Assembly: GCA_965217115.1 (NCBI GenBank)
Contig: OZ244239.1
Span: forward strand, 1,152,001 to 1,216,000
DNA: 64,000 nucleotides
Source of the DNA: Bdellovibrionales bacterium
GTDB taxonomy: Bacteria; Bdellovibrionota; Bdellovibrionia; Bdellovibrionales; CAYMLA01
Direction: 5' to 3'
Part shown: positions 41,209 through 50,095 of the stretch, piece after piece
How positions within the stretch are numbered: position 1 is the first letter of the stretch
Layout: each line of letters starts with the position of its first letter
Notes under the pieces: model-generated
What the model was told of the DNA's origin: nothing
What the model saw: only the letters and a program-made list of their open reading frames with translations
The model's database searches: none
Program-made: the position numbers and the translations under genes

Positions 41209-41835
41209 ATGAGCTATGGATTTTTGCAGAATTACCTTTCGCAAACTCATTCCAGAATATCTGCGAATGAGTATTTTCAAGTCGTTTGTGAAACAGAAAA
41301 GAAAATAGCACGCAGAATTTTAAACAATGAATTATCTCTTGAAGATTCAAGTTTTTATAAAAAAGCTTATGACAGGGTTAAAGGAATGGAACAATTCCTT
41401 GAGAAAAAAAATGTTGTTGTTATAGGGGCAGGAGCGATTCCAGCAACTCTTATTTTTGCACAAAAATCAGGTCTTATAAAATCAGGAATTGGATTGGATA
41501 TAGATAAAATTGCCGTAAGTCTCGCGAAAGAGTTGACTCAACATTTAAATGTTAATGAACTTTCATATTTAAATATTAACGGATTAGATTATGATTTTAC
41601 TAATTCAGATGTTGTGTTTATTGCAAATCTAGTTAGAGGTAAATCTAAATTGTTAAACAGACTCTCGTCTCAGCTTAAATTTGGTGATCATATTATACTG
41701 CGAGAACCATGGGGTAAAGGTGTTTATCTTGCTGAATCAGCGATAGAATCAATTGGTAGTTCTTGGAAAGTCATTGGTCAAGATTCTCCCTGTCCTTATT
41801 TTTATTCACAAAGCTTTTATTTAAGGAAAAATTAA
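41209..41835 (+). CDS. Nicotianamine-synthase/CntL-like class I SAM-dependent enzyme
   Basis: VVIGAGAIPATLI (cf. NAS IGSGPLPLT), GLDID, DVVFIANLV..K, ILR. Start moved to ATG 41209. Confidence 0.65.
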   Translation: MSYGFLQNYLSQTHSRISANEYFQVVCETEKKIARRILNNELSLEDSSFYKKAYDRVKGMEQFLEKKNVVVIGAGAIPATLIFAQKSGLIKSGIGLDIDKIAVSLAKELTQHLNVNELSYLNINGLDYDFTNSDVVFIANLVRGKSKLLNRLSSQLKFGDHIILREPWGKGVYLAESAIESIGSSWKVIGQDSPCPYFYSQSFYLRKN

Positions 41836-42710
41836 TGATCTTGATTACAGGTGGGAATGGTTTCATTGGTAGAGAGATCATGAAACAAATTAATTTAGAC
41901 TGTATTAGTTTAGATCTTAGTAATCCTGAAGGAGTTGAGAGATTATATCGTGGAGGAACTTTAGACACAGAATTACTAGAAGACCTTTTTCGCAAGTTTC
42001 AATTTAGCTGTGTTATTCATCTAGGAATGACATCTCTTTTGAAGGATGTCAAAAATGATCAAGACAAGGCCAAGCTGTCGATAGTGGAGGGAACTAGAAA
42101 TATAATATCAGTAATGAAAAAGCATAGTTGTAATCGCTTAATTTTTATGTCTACAAGTATGGTCTATGGAAATTATTATAATAAAGTTGTTAATGAAGAC
42201 AGTCTCTGTCAACCAAGTGAGCCTTATGGACGTTTTAAACTAATTGCCGAAGATCTTGTGAAGTTGTCATTGGCTAGTCCACCCTTCGAATATATCATAA
42301 TTAGACCTACAGCTGTTTATGGGAAAAACGATGGGCAAAAAAGAGTTCTCAGCAAAATGATAGAAAACGCTAAATGCGGAAAACTCATAGAAATTAACGG
42401 AAAAGAAACAGCCCTTGATTTCACACATGTCAGTGAGGTTGCGAGTGCTATAATTACATCAGCCTTAAAGACTGAGATTAAGAATGAGACCTTTAATATT
42501 TCTAGAGGTAAAAGAAGGAGTTTAATTGAAGTTGTCATGATTCTAAAAAAATACTTTCCAGGCACAAAGTTTATTATAAATGATAAGGAGAAAGACAAAC
42601 CTGTTAGAGGCGAAATAAATGTAGAAAAGGCCCACAATCTATTAGGTTTTGAACCAAAAATTGAAATAGAGGATGGAATTAAAATGATGTTAGATGGAGA
42701 AGTTTTTTGA
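41835..42710 (+). CDS. NAD-dependent epimerase/dehydratase (extended SDR)
   Basis: TGGNGFIG, STSMVYG, YGRFK, LDFTHV. Confidence 0.9.
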   Translation: MILITGGNGFIGREIMKQINLDCISLDLSNPEGVERLYRGGTLDTELLEDLFRKFQFSCVIHLGMTSLLKDVKNDQDKAKLSIVEGTRNIISVMKKHSCNRLIFMSTSMVYGNYYNKVVNEDSLCQPSEPYGRFKLIAEDLVKLSLASPPFEYIIIRPTAVYGKNDGQKRVLSKMIENAKCGKLIEINGKETALDFTHVSEVASAIITSALKTEIKNETFNISRGKRRSLIEVVMILKKYFPGTKFIINDKEKDKPVRGEINVEKAHNLLGFEPKIEIEDGIKMMLDGEVF

Positions 42711-43801
42711 ATATCTCATTTTTTGGCAATGACAGGCAATTTCAATCGTTAAAAAAAGAATGGCTTTCCAGGGCGGAAGCCGTATGGGCTTCAGGGCAGT
42801 TCTTTTTTGGACCTCAAGTCGAAAAACTAGAACATCGTTTAGCAACGATGTGTCAACGCAAGTACGCTATTGCTTTGGCTTCATGTACCGATGCTCTAGC
42901 TATAGCCACTGAATATTTAGATCTTGAGGCCAAGTCGAAAGTGCTTATTACAAATTATTCATTCTCTGCTTCTGCGGCCCCAATTTTAAAGAATAATTTA
43001 GTTCCAAGTTTTGTTGATATAAACAGACAATTGAACCATCCAACGTACAAAAATTATCAGAAGTTTTGGGATAAAGAATGTAAAGCGGTGATAGCAGTTA
43101 GTCTTTACGGGAATTGCTACGCAATGGATGAAACAGAGATTTGGGCCGACAAGAAAAAAATTCCATTGATTGAGGATGCTGCGCAATCTTTTGGCTCTTC
43201 TCTTGGTGACAGGCCTGCTGGTAGTTTCGGAATAGCCTCATGTATTAGTTTTGACCCGACAAAAATAATTGCGGCATCGTCTCTAGCAGGAGCGCTTTTA
43301 ACGGATGATCAAGAATTATATGAGTTTGCTCTTAGGGCCAGATTTCATGGGAAAAATAGAAATAACCAAGTTTCTCAACTTGGAGGTAAAAGCCTTATGT
43401 CTTCAGTAGAGGCTGAAATTCTTCAATTGAAGCTTGATCATTTGGATTCTTGGCTAAATAAACGAAACGAAATTGCGAATACTTATATAGATAGCTTGTC
43501 AGGTGTAGGAGACCTAATTTTGCCAACTGTCTTAGAGGGCGGCTCTCATACTTTCCATAAGTTTGTAATTGCTACATGTGAAAGAGATCGTTTAGCTGAA
43601 TATCTAATGTTAGCGGGGATTGTGGTTCGTAGACATTATAAGAGTCTTCTTTCACAAGAGCCTGTTTTTTCAAAATATAGTTCTTCTACTCCAAATGCTT
43701 CTGAGGCTTCTTATAGAAACCTATCTTTACCTTTGTATCAAGAGCTGAGAGACGAGGAAATTAAATATATAATAGATACGATTTTAAGGTTCTTTGGATA
43801 A
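42707..43801 (+). CDS. DegT/DnrJ/EryC1/StrS PLP-dependent sugar aminotransferase
   Basis: SCTDAL, IEDAAQSFG, SFDPTK (PLP lysine), LSLPLY. Confidence 0.92.
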   Translation: MNISFFGNDRQFQSLKKEWLSRAEAVWASGQFFFGPQVEKLEHRLATMCQRKYAIALASCTDALAIATEYLDLEAKSKVLITNYSFSASAAPILKNNLVPSFVDINRQLNHPTYKNYQKFWDKECKAVIAVSLYGNCYAMDETEIWADKKKIPLIEDAAQSFGSSLGDRPAGSFGIASCISFDPTKIIAASSLAGALLTDDQELYEFALRARFHGKNRNNQVSQLGGKSLMSSVEAEILQLKLDHLDSWLNKRNEIANTYIDSLSGVGDLILPTVLEGGSHTFHKFVIATCERDRLAEYLMLAGIVVRRHYKSLLSQEPVFSKYSSSTPNASEASYRNLSLPLYQELRDEEIKYIIDTILRFFG

Positions 43802-43804
43802 AAA

Positions 43805-45910
43805 ATGTTAAAAGTCGTTATACCTCTCATTTTAATTTCTGGTTCGTCTGCTCTAGGCTTGGAGGTTTTTTGGCTTAGAAGCTTGAGTCACATTTTAGGA
43901 AGTACAAGCGTAGCCGTTTCAATAGTTTTTGGTATGTTCCTTTTTTCTCTTTCTCTAGGCTCATTACTGTCAACATTTTGGAATGGGCCATCATCTTTTT
44001 TTAATCGTTACCCTATTTTAAGTTTCGGAATTTTGGAATCTCTAGGAGTTCTCTTAGGGGTGTTTAGTAATTTTTTAGCTTTTTATCATGAGGACCTTTT
44101 TTTTAATTTCATAAACCTAATTAGAAATGATTTTATTTCCAGCATAGCTATTTCTTTTTTCTTTATTACACCTTCTGTATTCCTTTTGGGAATGGGCTTC
44201 CCAGTTATCTTGAGTTCTTTAGAAAAAAAACAAAATCTCAGCACTATTTATTCACTCAATACCATTGGTGGCGCCATTGGCACACTTGCTTACGGGATAA
44301 TCTTTCCTTATTTTCTAGGTTATGGCCTGTCTCTTCTAATTTTATGTTCTTTTACACTAATATTACTGTTCATCTCCATTCGAAATGGAAAGGAAGAGTC
44401 TCTTGCAGTTTCTGAGATAGATGAAATTCGATTTCCTAGAGAAAAAGGCTTCTTCTTAGCTCTATTCTCAGGGTTTGTCTTCATGATGGGTGAAATTGCA
44501 GGAGATCGTCTCGTTAGAATGATATTGGGAGACAGGTCTTACATTTCACTGATAACATTATTCTTTTTTCTTATCGTAATTTCTATGGCAGCTGGAATTA
44601 AATCTTATATAAATAATCTAAAAAAGGTTGTAATTTTAAGTCTTTTTCTTTGTTTATTCTCACTTGTTGTCATTCTTCTTTTTAAAAATAGTGCATTATT
44701 AGTTACTAGGGATTATCAAGTATTGAATTCAAAAAAATTGATTTTCCTTTTATTTGGTATCTGTCCTCTTTTTATGGGTCTCGGATTAGTCTTTCCCTCT
44801 TGTTTAGATTTGATAAATAGCTCTGTGCAAAAGAGATCTAAACTAGCTTTTTATTTAAGTGGGAACACTTTTATGGCGCTCGTAGCGTCACTGATTACAA
44901 CACACTTATTGTTTTCTGTAATAGGTATTCATGGTATTTTTGCTGTACTGACAATGGCGCTAGTTATTTTTCCTTTATTAATGAATCAATGTAAAGCTGC
45001 TTTGCTGATTTTACCAATTTCAATTATCTTGTCTTTATTTTATTTAAAGTCACCATTTAGTATTTCAGAAAGAAAAAATGTTCTTTATCAGTCAGAGTCT
45101 CAATATTCACACTTTAGCATCATAGAAAAAGAGGGTTTCGAAGAAACATATAGTGGTAATACAAGGTTAATCGCCCCATATATAGCAAAAAACTTAGAAC
45201 ATGCTCAACAGGCTCTAGCTTACTTTCCTGCATTGTATAAAAAAAATGTTGAAAATAGTTTAGTTATTGGTGCCGGATACGGTATTACAATAGACGCATT
45301 TTTAAAAGTCTCAACCGAGTCCACCTATGTAGTAGAAATATTAAATGAGATTATCTTCAATACAAATAGATATAAAGAACTAAATAATAACTGGCAAAGG
45401 AATAAAAAAATTAAATTACAAATTACAGATGGTGTGCGATACGTCAGTATAACTGATAAGAAGTTTGATATTATTTCCGTCAGTTTGGATCATCCTTACT
45501 CATTCAATGGCTCTAGAACTATCACCAAGGAGTTCTATCAACATGTGTCTGAAAAACTTGTAAAAAATGGGATTTATAGTCAAATGATTTGGGGAGAACA
45601 TTTACCAGAGATTTTGGCAACTGTAAAAACGGTATTTCCCTATATAAAAATAATGCCCGCTTATTCTGATTCTGACTTTATTATTATTGCTTCAAAAGAA
45701 GCTTTAGTTAAACAAAGGAGTGATCAAGCTTTTTCAAAGGTTTGGAAAAAACTCAATGACAAACGAAAGCTAAGAAAAAACTTGCAGATCGGAAGAGAGG
45801 CTTTAAAAAAAATAAGCTCTCAGCCACATCGTTTTATAATTTCTCGCTTACATCCTATTATTGAATTTGGAAATCACGAGTCTACGGGCTTTTTTTGGAT
45901 CCGAAGGTAA
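43805..45910 (+). CDS. Multi-TM protein fused to spermidine-synthase-like SAM domain
   Basis: ISGSSALGLEVFWLR, YSLNTIGGAIG TM repeats; LVIGAGYGIT, VVEI, DGVRYV, FDII, EFY. Confidence 0.85.
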   Translation: MLKVVIPLILISGSSALGLEVFWLRSLSHILGSTSVAVSIVFGMFLFSLSLGSLLSTFWNGPSSFFNRYPILSFGILESLGVLLGVFSNFLAFYHEDLFFNFINLIRNDFISSIAISFFFITPSVFLLGMGFPVILSSLEKKQNLSTIYSLNTIGGAIGTLAYGIIFPYFLGYGLSLLILCSFTLILLFISIRNGKEESLAVSEIDEIRFPREKGFFLALFSGFVFMMGEIAGDRLVRMILGDRSYISLITLFFFLIVISMAAGIKSYINNLKKVVILSLFLCLFSLVVILLFKNSALLVTRDYQVLNSKKLIFLLFGICPLFMGLGLVFPSCLDLINSSVQKRSKLAFYLSGNTFMALVASLITTHLLFSVIGIHGIFAVLTMALVIFPLLMNQCKAALLILPISIILSLFYLKSPFSISERKNVLYQSESQYSHFSIIEKEGFEETYSGNTRLIAPYIAKNLEHAQQALAYFPALYKKNVENSLVIGAGYGITIDAFLKVSTESTYVVEILNEIIFNTNRYKELNNNWQRNKKIKLQITDGVRYVSITDKKFDIISVSLDHPYSFNGSRTITKEFYQHVSEKLVKNGIYSQMIWGEHLPEILATVKTVFPYIKIMPAYSDSDFIIIASKEALVKQRSDQAFSKVWKKLNDKRKLRKNLQIGREALKKISSQPHRFIISRLHPIIEFGNHESTGFFWIRR

Positions 45911-46114
45911 TCTTCTCCTTGTTCGGAATGAAATTTACGTCTTTATATGACTTTTTCTGAGTTCTTTTGGAAAAAACCGTCACAAGTTGAGTCGATTCAG
46001 GACCACGAGCGACTGGCAAAGCAACTAGTGAATAAAACTCACGTCTAGACTGGTAATTTAAGATTGCTTACTTTTAAATAGAGGTTTTTCTCAAGATGAA
46101 TTGTTTTTAAAAAA

Positions 46115-47464
46115 TTATGTAAAGTAAAATTTCATCGCTTCATAAATATTTGAGTCTAAATTTTGATGATAGAAAAGTTGTGCCGACTTCCTATGCAAGT
46201 TTATTTTTTTATCAGAATCATTCATATACTCCGATCTGTTTTTTTCGTGAAAAAGAGCATAGACATTATCTGCTAGAAGATGAAACTTATTTCCCGCTAA
46301 AAACAATCGATAACCAAGCTCAACATCCTCAAAACTATAAAAACAAAAACTTTTTGAAAAGCCACCGGTTTTTTCAAAGAACTTTTTTTTAACTGAAAAA
46401 CAAAACGTAGAGGCGTATCTCCATCCAAATGGTATGTCATTCCAGTTTTTAGTTTTATTTTGAAAATCTTCAAAATAGTTATTTGACCGGCTGTAGACTT
46501 GTTCAGTTACTTTTTCAAGGGTTTCACCTCTATAGAGTGCATTTGTTGCTTGTTCATTGAGATGAAGTCTTCGAGGTTGAACAACGTCAAAGTTTTCGTG
46601 CGACTTTAAAAGGTTACTCAAAAAATCATTCGTCAAAAGAGTATCTGCATCTAAGAAAAGAATAATTTCTCCATTTGCTTTCAAAGCGCCAAAGTTTCTT
46701 GCGACCGTTACCCTGCATTTATTGTCTCCCATAGATCTACTAGAGGGCCTAGGGAGGTAGTAAAAACTTTTATTTTCAATGCTTAAGTCATCGTAAATTG
46801 ACTTACAACTATCATCTGAACCGTCATCGATAATTAACACTTCAAATAGATTTTTATCTATAGATTGCTTAGACAGAGTTTTTAAAGTTAGATTAAGTTC
46901 TTTATTATGGTTATAAACAGGGATTACTATGGAGAGCAAACGCTTGCTTTGATTTTTAATATCAATCACTGAAGGCTGAGGGGAACGATCTTCAAAATCA
47001 CTCCATCTTGTCTCAAAAATTCGACCAGTAAGGGGAGGTAATATTTCACATTGATGATTCCGAGCACTAAAACTTTCTACTAATGTTGGGTCCCATGTAT
47101 CTAATGGGAAAAAGAAATGAGCCCTCAGAAGCTCTTTTGGGAATTCACAGTCTTTATCCATATGGATGGTAAAAATGATATTATTTTTTTGTGAAAGTAG
47201 CTTCATTTTTTCCCAATCATCCATTGAGCTATCAATTATGATATTAAATAGCAATCGAGGATGTTCTAGAGCGTCAGATATTTTAAATTCTTCCAGGTGT
47301 CTATCAATACAGTCTCCAGGGTTTTTATTCTTTAAATCACTTAAGCATCCAAAGTTTTTATTAGTCTCTAATGTAGAGAAATCAGGTCCTGTTTCTATGG
47401 ATTGAGATATGCAATAAGGGTGTTTACAAGAACTTGCTTCGACTCTTTGAAAATAGTTAGACAT
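46115..47464 (-). CDS. GT2 glycosyltransferase with degenerate Cys-containing N-terminal domain; paralog of 31607-33235
   Basis: SIVIPVYN, IDDGS, RSMGDNKCRVTVARNFG, FLDAD, FEDVELG; N-terminal CKHPYC. Confidence 0.85.
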   Translation of the reverse strand: MSNYFQRVEASSCKHPYCISQSIETGPDFSTLETNKNFGCLSDLKNKNPGDCIDRHLEEFKISDALEHPRLLFNIIIDSSMDDWEKMKLLSQKNNIIFTIHMDKDCEFPKELLRAHFFFPLDTWDPTLVESFSARNHQCEILPPLTGRIFETRWSDFEDRSPQPSVIDIKNQSKRLLSIVIPVYNHNKELNLTLKTLSKQSIDKNLFEVLIIDDGSDDSCKSIYDDLSIENKSFYYLPRPSSRSMGDNKCRVTVARNFGALKANGEIILFLDADTLLTNDFLSNLLKSHENFDVVQPRRLHLNEQATNALYRGETLEKVTEQVYSRSNNYFEDFQNKTKNWNDIPFGWRYASTFCFSVKKKFFEKTGGFSKSFCFYSFEDVELGYRLFLAGNKFHLLADNVYALFHEKNRSEYMNDSDKKINLHRKSAQLFYHQNLDSNIYEAMKFYFT

Positions 47465-48293
47465 TATACAAAAGCTCTTTTATATGCAAACTTTGCTTGC
47501 AACTGTACTCGGGACATGTAAAGCCAAAGTCTAAGAGTTCTTTCGATGCATTGCTCAGCTGCTCTTCGATGGAGTGCTTTTTTATTCTCTCAAAACCATC
47601 TCTAAACCAGTCATGGTTACTAATTTTTGACAATTCATCTGGACAGTCTTTGAATTTAAAGCCATGTATGCTGCCCATTCTAGCTCCAAGTAAGACATAT
47701 TCACCAAACAAGCTGTCTCTGCCAATCGATGTCCATACTTTTAACCGACTCATTGTTCTGTGGTCTGGTTGAGTTCCGGCATAGGCATTTGTTCGACTGG
47801 CTAATTTAGAAGATTCCCTAAATCCACTCTTCCAAGAAATATAGGGAGAGGTATTAAAGCAAGTAATCGATGCAATTTCAGGCTGAATATAAAAATCTTC
47901 TGTAGCTACAGATAAAGTAAAATCAACAACGTCTAGATCTTGAAAATCCCTAACCAATTGAGTATTGAATAAATGTACTGATCCATATCCATACACAAGC
48001 CCATTAACTCGATTTCGACATCGATATACATGAACTCTCTTATCGACTTCACCTTGAAAGTTCTCAATATCAAAGTTGAAATTATCTAGTAACTGGCTAT
48101 CCCCATCCATTGTAAAGAAATGACTGGTTTCTGAAATTTCGGCGGCTTTCTTCCAAGCTTTGGCTATGCCATTAACTTTATGTACTCTTTTGGTGTTTGG
48201 GTAAATCGACTTAACTCTTTCCCAGTTTTGCTCAGCTTCTGGTTCGTCGTAGCTAATAAAAATTAAATCGTATTTCATTGTTTCTTTCAGCAT
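47457..48293 (-). CDS. Divergent GT-A-like protein (ISYDEP family)
   Basis: FISYDEP..E.NW, RVHKVNG, FFTMDGD (DxD), NGLVYGYG, WKSGFRE. Confidence 0.55.
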   Translation of the reverse strand: MLKETMKYDLIFISYDEPEAEQNWERVKSIYPNTKRVHKVNGIAKAWKKAAEISETSHFFTMDGDSQLLDNFNFDIENFQGEVDKRVHVYRCRNRVNGLVYGYGSVHLFNTQLVRDFQDLDVVDFTLSVATEDFYIQPEIASITCFNTSPYISWKSGFRESSKLASRTNAYAGTQPDHRTMSRLKVWTSIGRDSLFGEYVLLGARMGSIHGFKFKDCPDELSKISNHDWFRDGFERIKKHSIEEQLSNASKELLDFGFTCPEYSCKQSLHIKELLYNV

Positions 48294-48768
48294 ATCATCT
48301 CACTCTAAGTCGATATTTCGATTGACAAATTTTCTCCTTATATCGATTGGGATTACCTCACACTTTTATGAGAAGCGCAAGATAATACCCTCATAGAGCG
48401 AGCTCGGAGTTAGGCATCAATTTGATTCTTAGTTCTTGATTAAATTCATAAACATTTGATTGTTAAGCAATGTAAACATTAACTAACAATCGATTTTACC
48501 ACAGGTTTTATATTTTTTAGAAACAAATTTTGTGGCTTCAAAAAAATTCACATCGCCTTGAGATATATGCTTACTCATAACTGATGTAGCTCCACACATA
48601 TTTAGAAAGGCTCACTCAAGAATTCCTTCATTTATTTGAGGACTAAAACCGTAATCGTCACAATTAACACATTCTATAGATAAATTTTTTTCGAAAAAAG
48701 TTTAAACCGGGCTAATCAATTATTTTTGGAGGTGCTGGAGTTCGCTAAATATTACAGAAACTGAGTTT

Positions 48769-49974
48769 TTAAGGAATCCATGAGAGGTGAGTGGATAGGT
48801 TTAGAGAGACATCAAATTTCTTCAGAACCTTCCTTGAATTCGGTGAATAAAGAATAATTCCTTGGGTCGAATCACTCAGAGCGAGAATATTGTCGGGCAG
48901 CAGGCACAGGCCTTGAATATTTGAAAGCCCTAGTTCAAAACCTGAGTTAACAGATTTCACGACTCCAGAGATAGCATCTAGGCACAACAGAGTATTCGAA
49001 CTACTACAAGTAACATACACTTTACCAGCTTTTTTGTTCACTGCAAAAGAGAGTTGCCTGCGTTGGAAATTCTGGTACTCAGGTAAAGACTTAATTTGAG
49101 ACGAGTTCATTCCTACCTTTAAAATCGGTGTTGATATACCTATTCTCTTTAGTTTGTACTCTTGGCTTGAAATAGGAAACCAATTAGATTTTACTCCTAT
49201 CTTTTTTAGATGACTATCCAATAACTTTCGTTCGTCAATATTAATATATTGGGCAGTCCCTACAAAGACGTGTTCTTCGCTATAAACACCGAGATGAGTT
49301 GGTGTTGCATTTATTTGGGGATTATGACTGCGGATAATTTTCCCCGATTCAGTATCGATGAAAAACACAGAACCTTTATTTGGTTCATATGAATAACCTG
49401 TTTTTGACTTTTTTGGAACAATTGGGGTGACTAGTAATTTTTCTCGAACCAATTTTAGGTCATGAGGGTACCCTGGAAGTTCTATCATTTTAATAAACTT
49501 GAAGTTTTTTTTAAATACACCAATAGCCCCTCTATCGCGGAGATAATCCGTTTTTTTTGGAGAAAGACTGATGTAGATTTCGTTGCTACCAGAGCAAAAA
49601 TGTCCTGTAGAAATATATCCTTTTGGAAGCTTTAAATGAGCTTTGTGCTTAAATGTTCTTCTGTCGACAATCGAAAGAGTTTTGGCTTTGTAGCCAGAAG
49701 CCAGAATGTGATCTTTGTCTATGGCATCAGCCATGTGTCCAAACTTGATAGGTACTACTGTTTGGTTAATTTTTCCAGTATCGAGTTTAATCTGTGTAAG
49801 AAGAGAAAAGTCACCATTTTTAGTAAAACCATGCTCTCCTTCACCAATAGTTAAAAGCTCTCCTTCAAAAGGTTTAGAAGGTTTAGAAGGAGGCGAAAAA
49901 CCAGCAGCGTCAGGAAAAGAGTAAAAAGCTAAAGGAAGGAGATGTAATTTTCTTAAAAGAGACCTGCGATTCAT
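48769..49974 (-). CDS. Tat-exported beta-propeller, DUF1513-like
   Basis: MNRRSLL leader; repeated His motifs GHM, GHF, PHDL, PTHL, STHL; GAIGV. Confidence 0.6.
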   Translation of the reverse strand: MNRRSLLRKLHLLPLAFYSFPDAAGFSPPSKPSKPFEGELLTIGEGEHGFTKNGDFSLLTQIKLDTGKINQTVVPIKFGHMADAIDKDHILASGYKAKTLSIVDRRTFKHKAHLKLPKGYISTGHFCSGSNEIYISLSPKKTDYLRDRGAIGVFKKNFKFIKMIELPGYPHDLKLVREKLLVTPIVPKKSKTGYSYEPNKGSVFFIDTESGKIIRSHNPQINATPTHLGVYSEEHVFVGTAQYINIDERKLLDSHLKKIGVKSNWFPISSQEYKLKRIGISTPILKVGMNSSQIKSLPEYQNFQRRQLSFAVNKKAGKVYVTCSSSNTLLCLDAISGVVKSVNSGFELGLSNIQGLCLLPDNILALSDSTQGIILYSPNSRKVLKKFDVSLNLSTHLSWIP

Positions 49975-50095
49975 CAGGTAACTATACTGAATAGAAGATG
50001 AGTTTAAAAGAGGTTTCTCTTCGCTGCGTTGCGACAGTTTCCACCTCTAAAAACCGATTGCACTTTAGATAGAGATAACAATAGATTGTTACTGC

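Noticed and set aside
41209..41835. Opine metallophore (staphylopine/pseudopaline) operon
   Set aside because: No CntM dehydrogenase, CntK racemase, or TonB/ABC importer nearby; the context is sugar biosynthesis.
48380..48700. Possible pseudogene on the minus strand (...ECVNCDDYGFSPQ...)
   Set aside because: Interrupted by stops, with no recognisable family.
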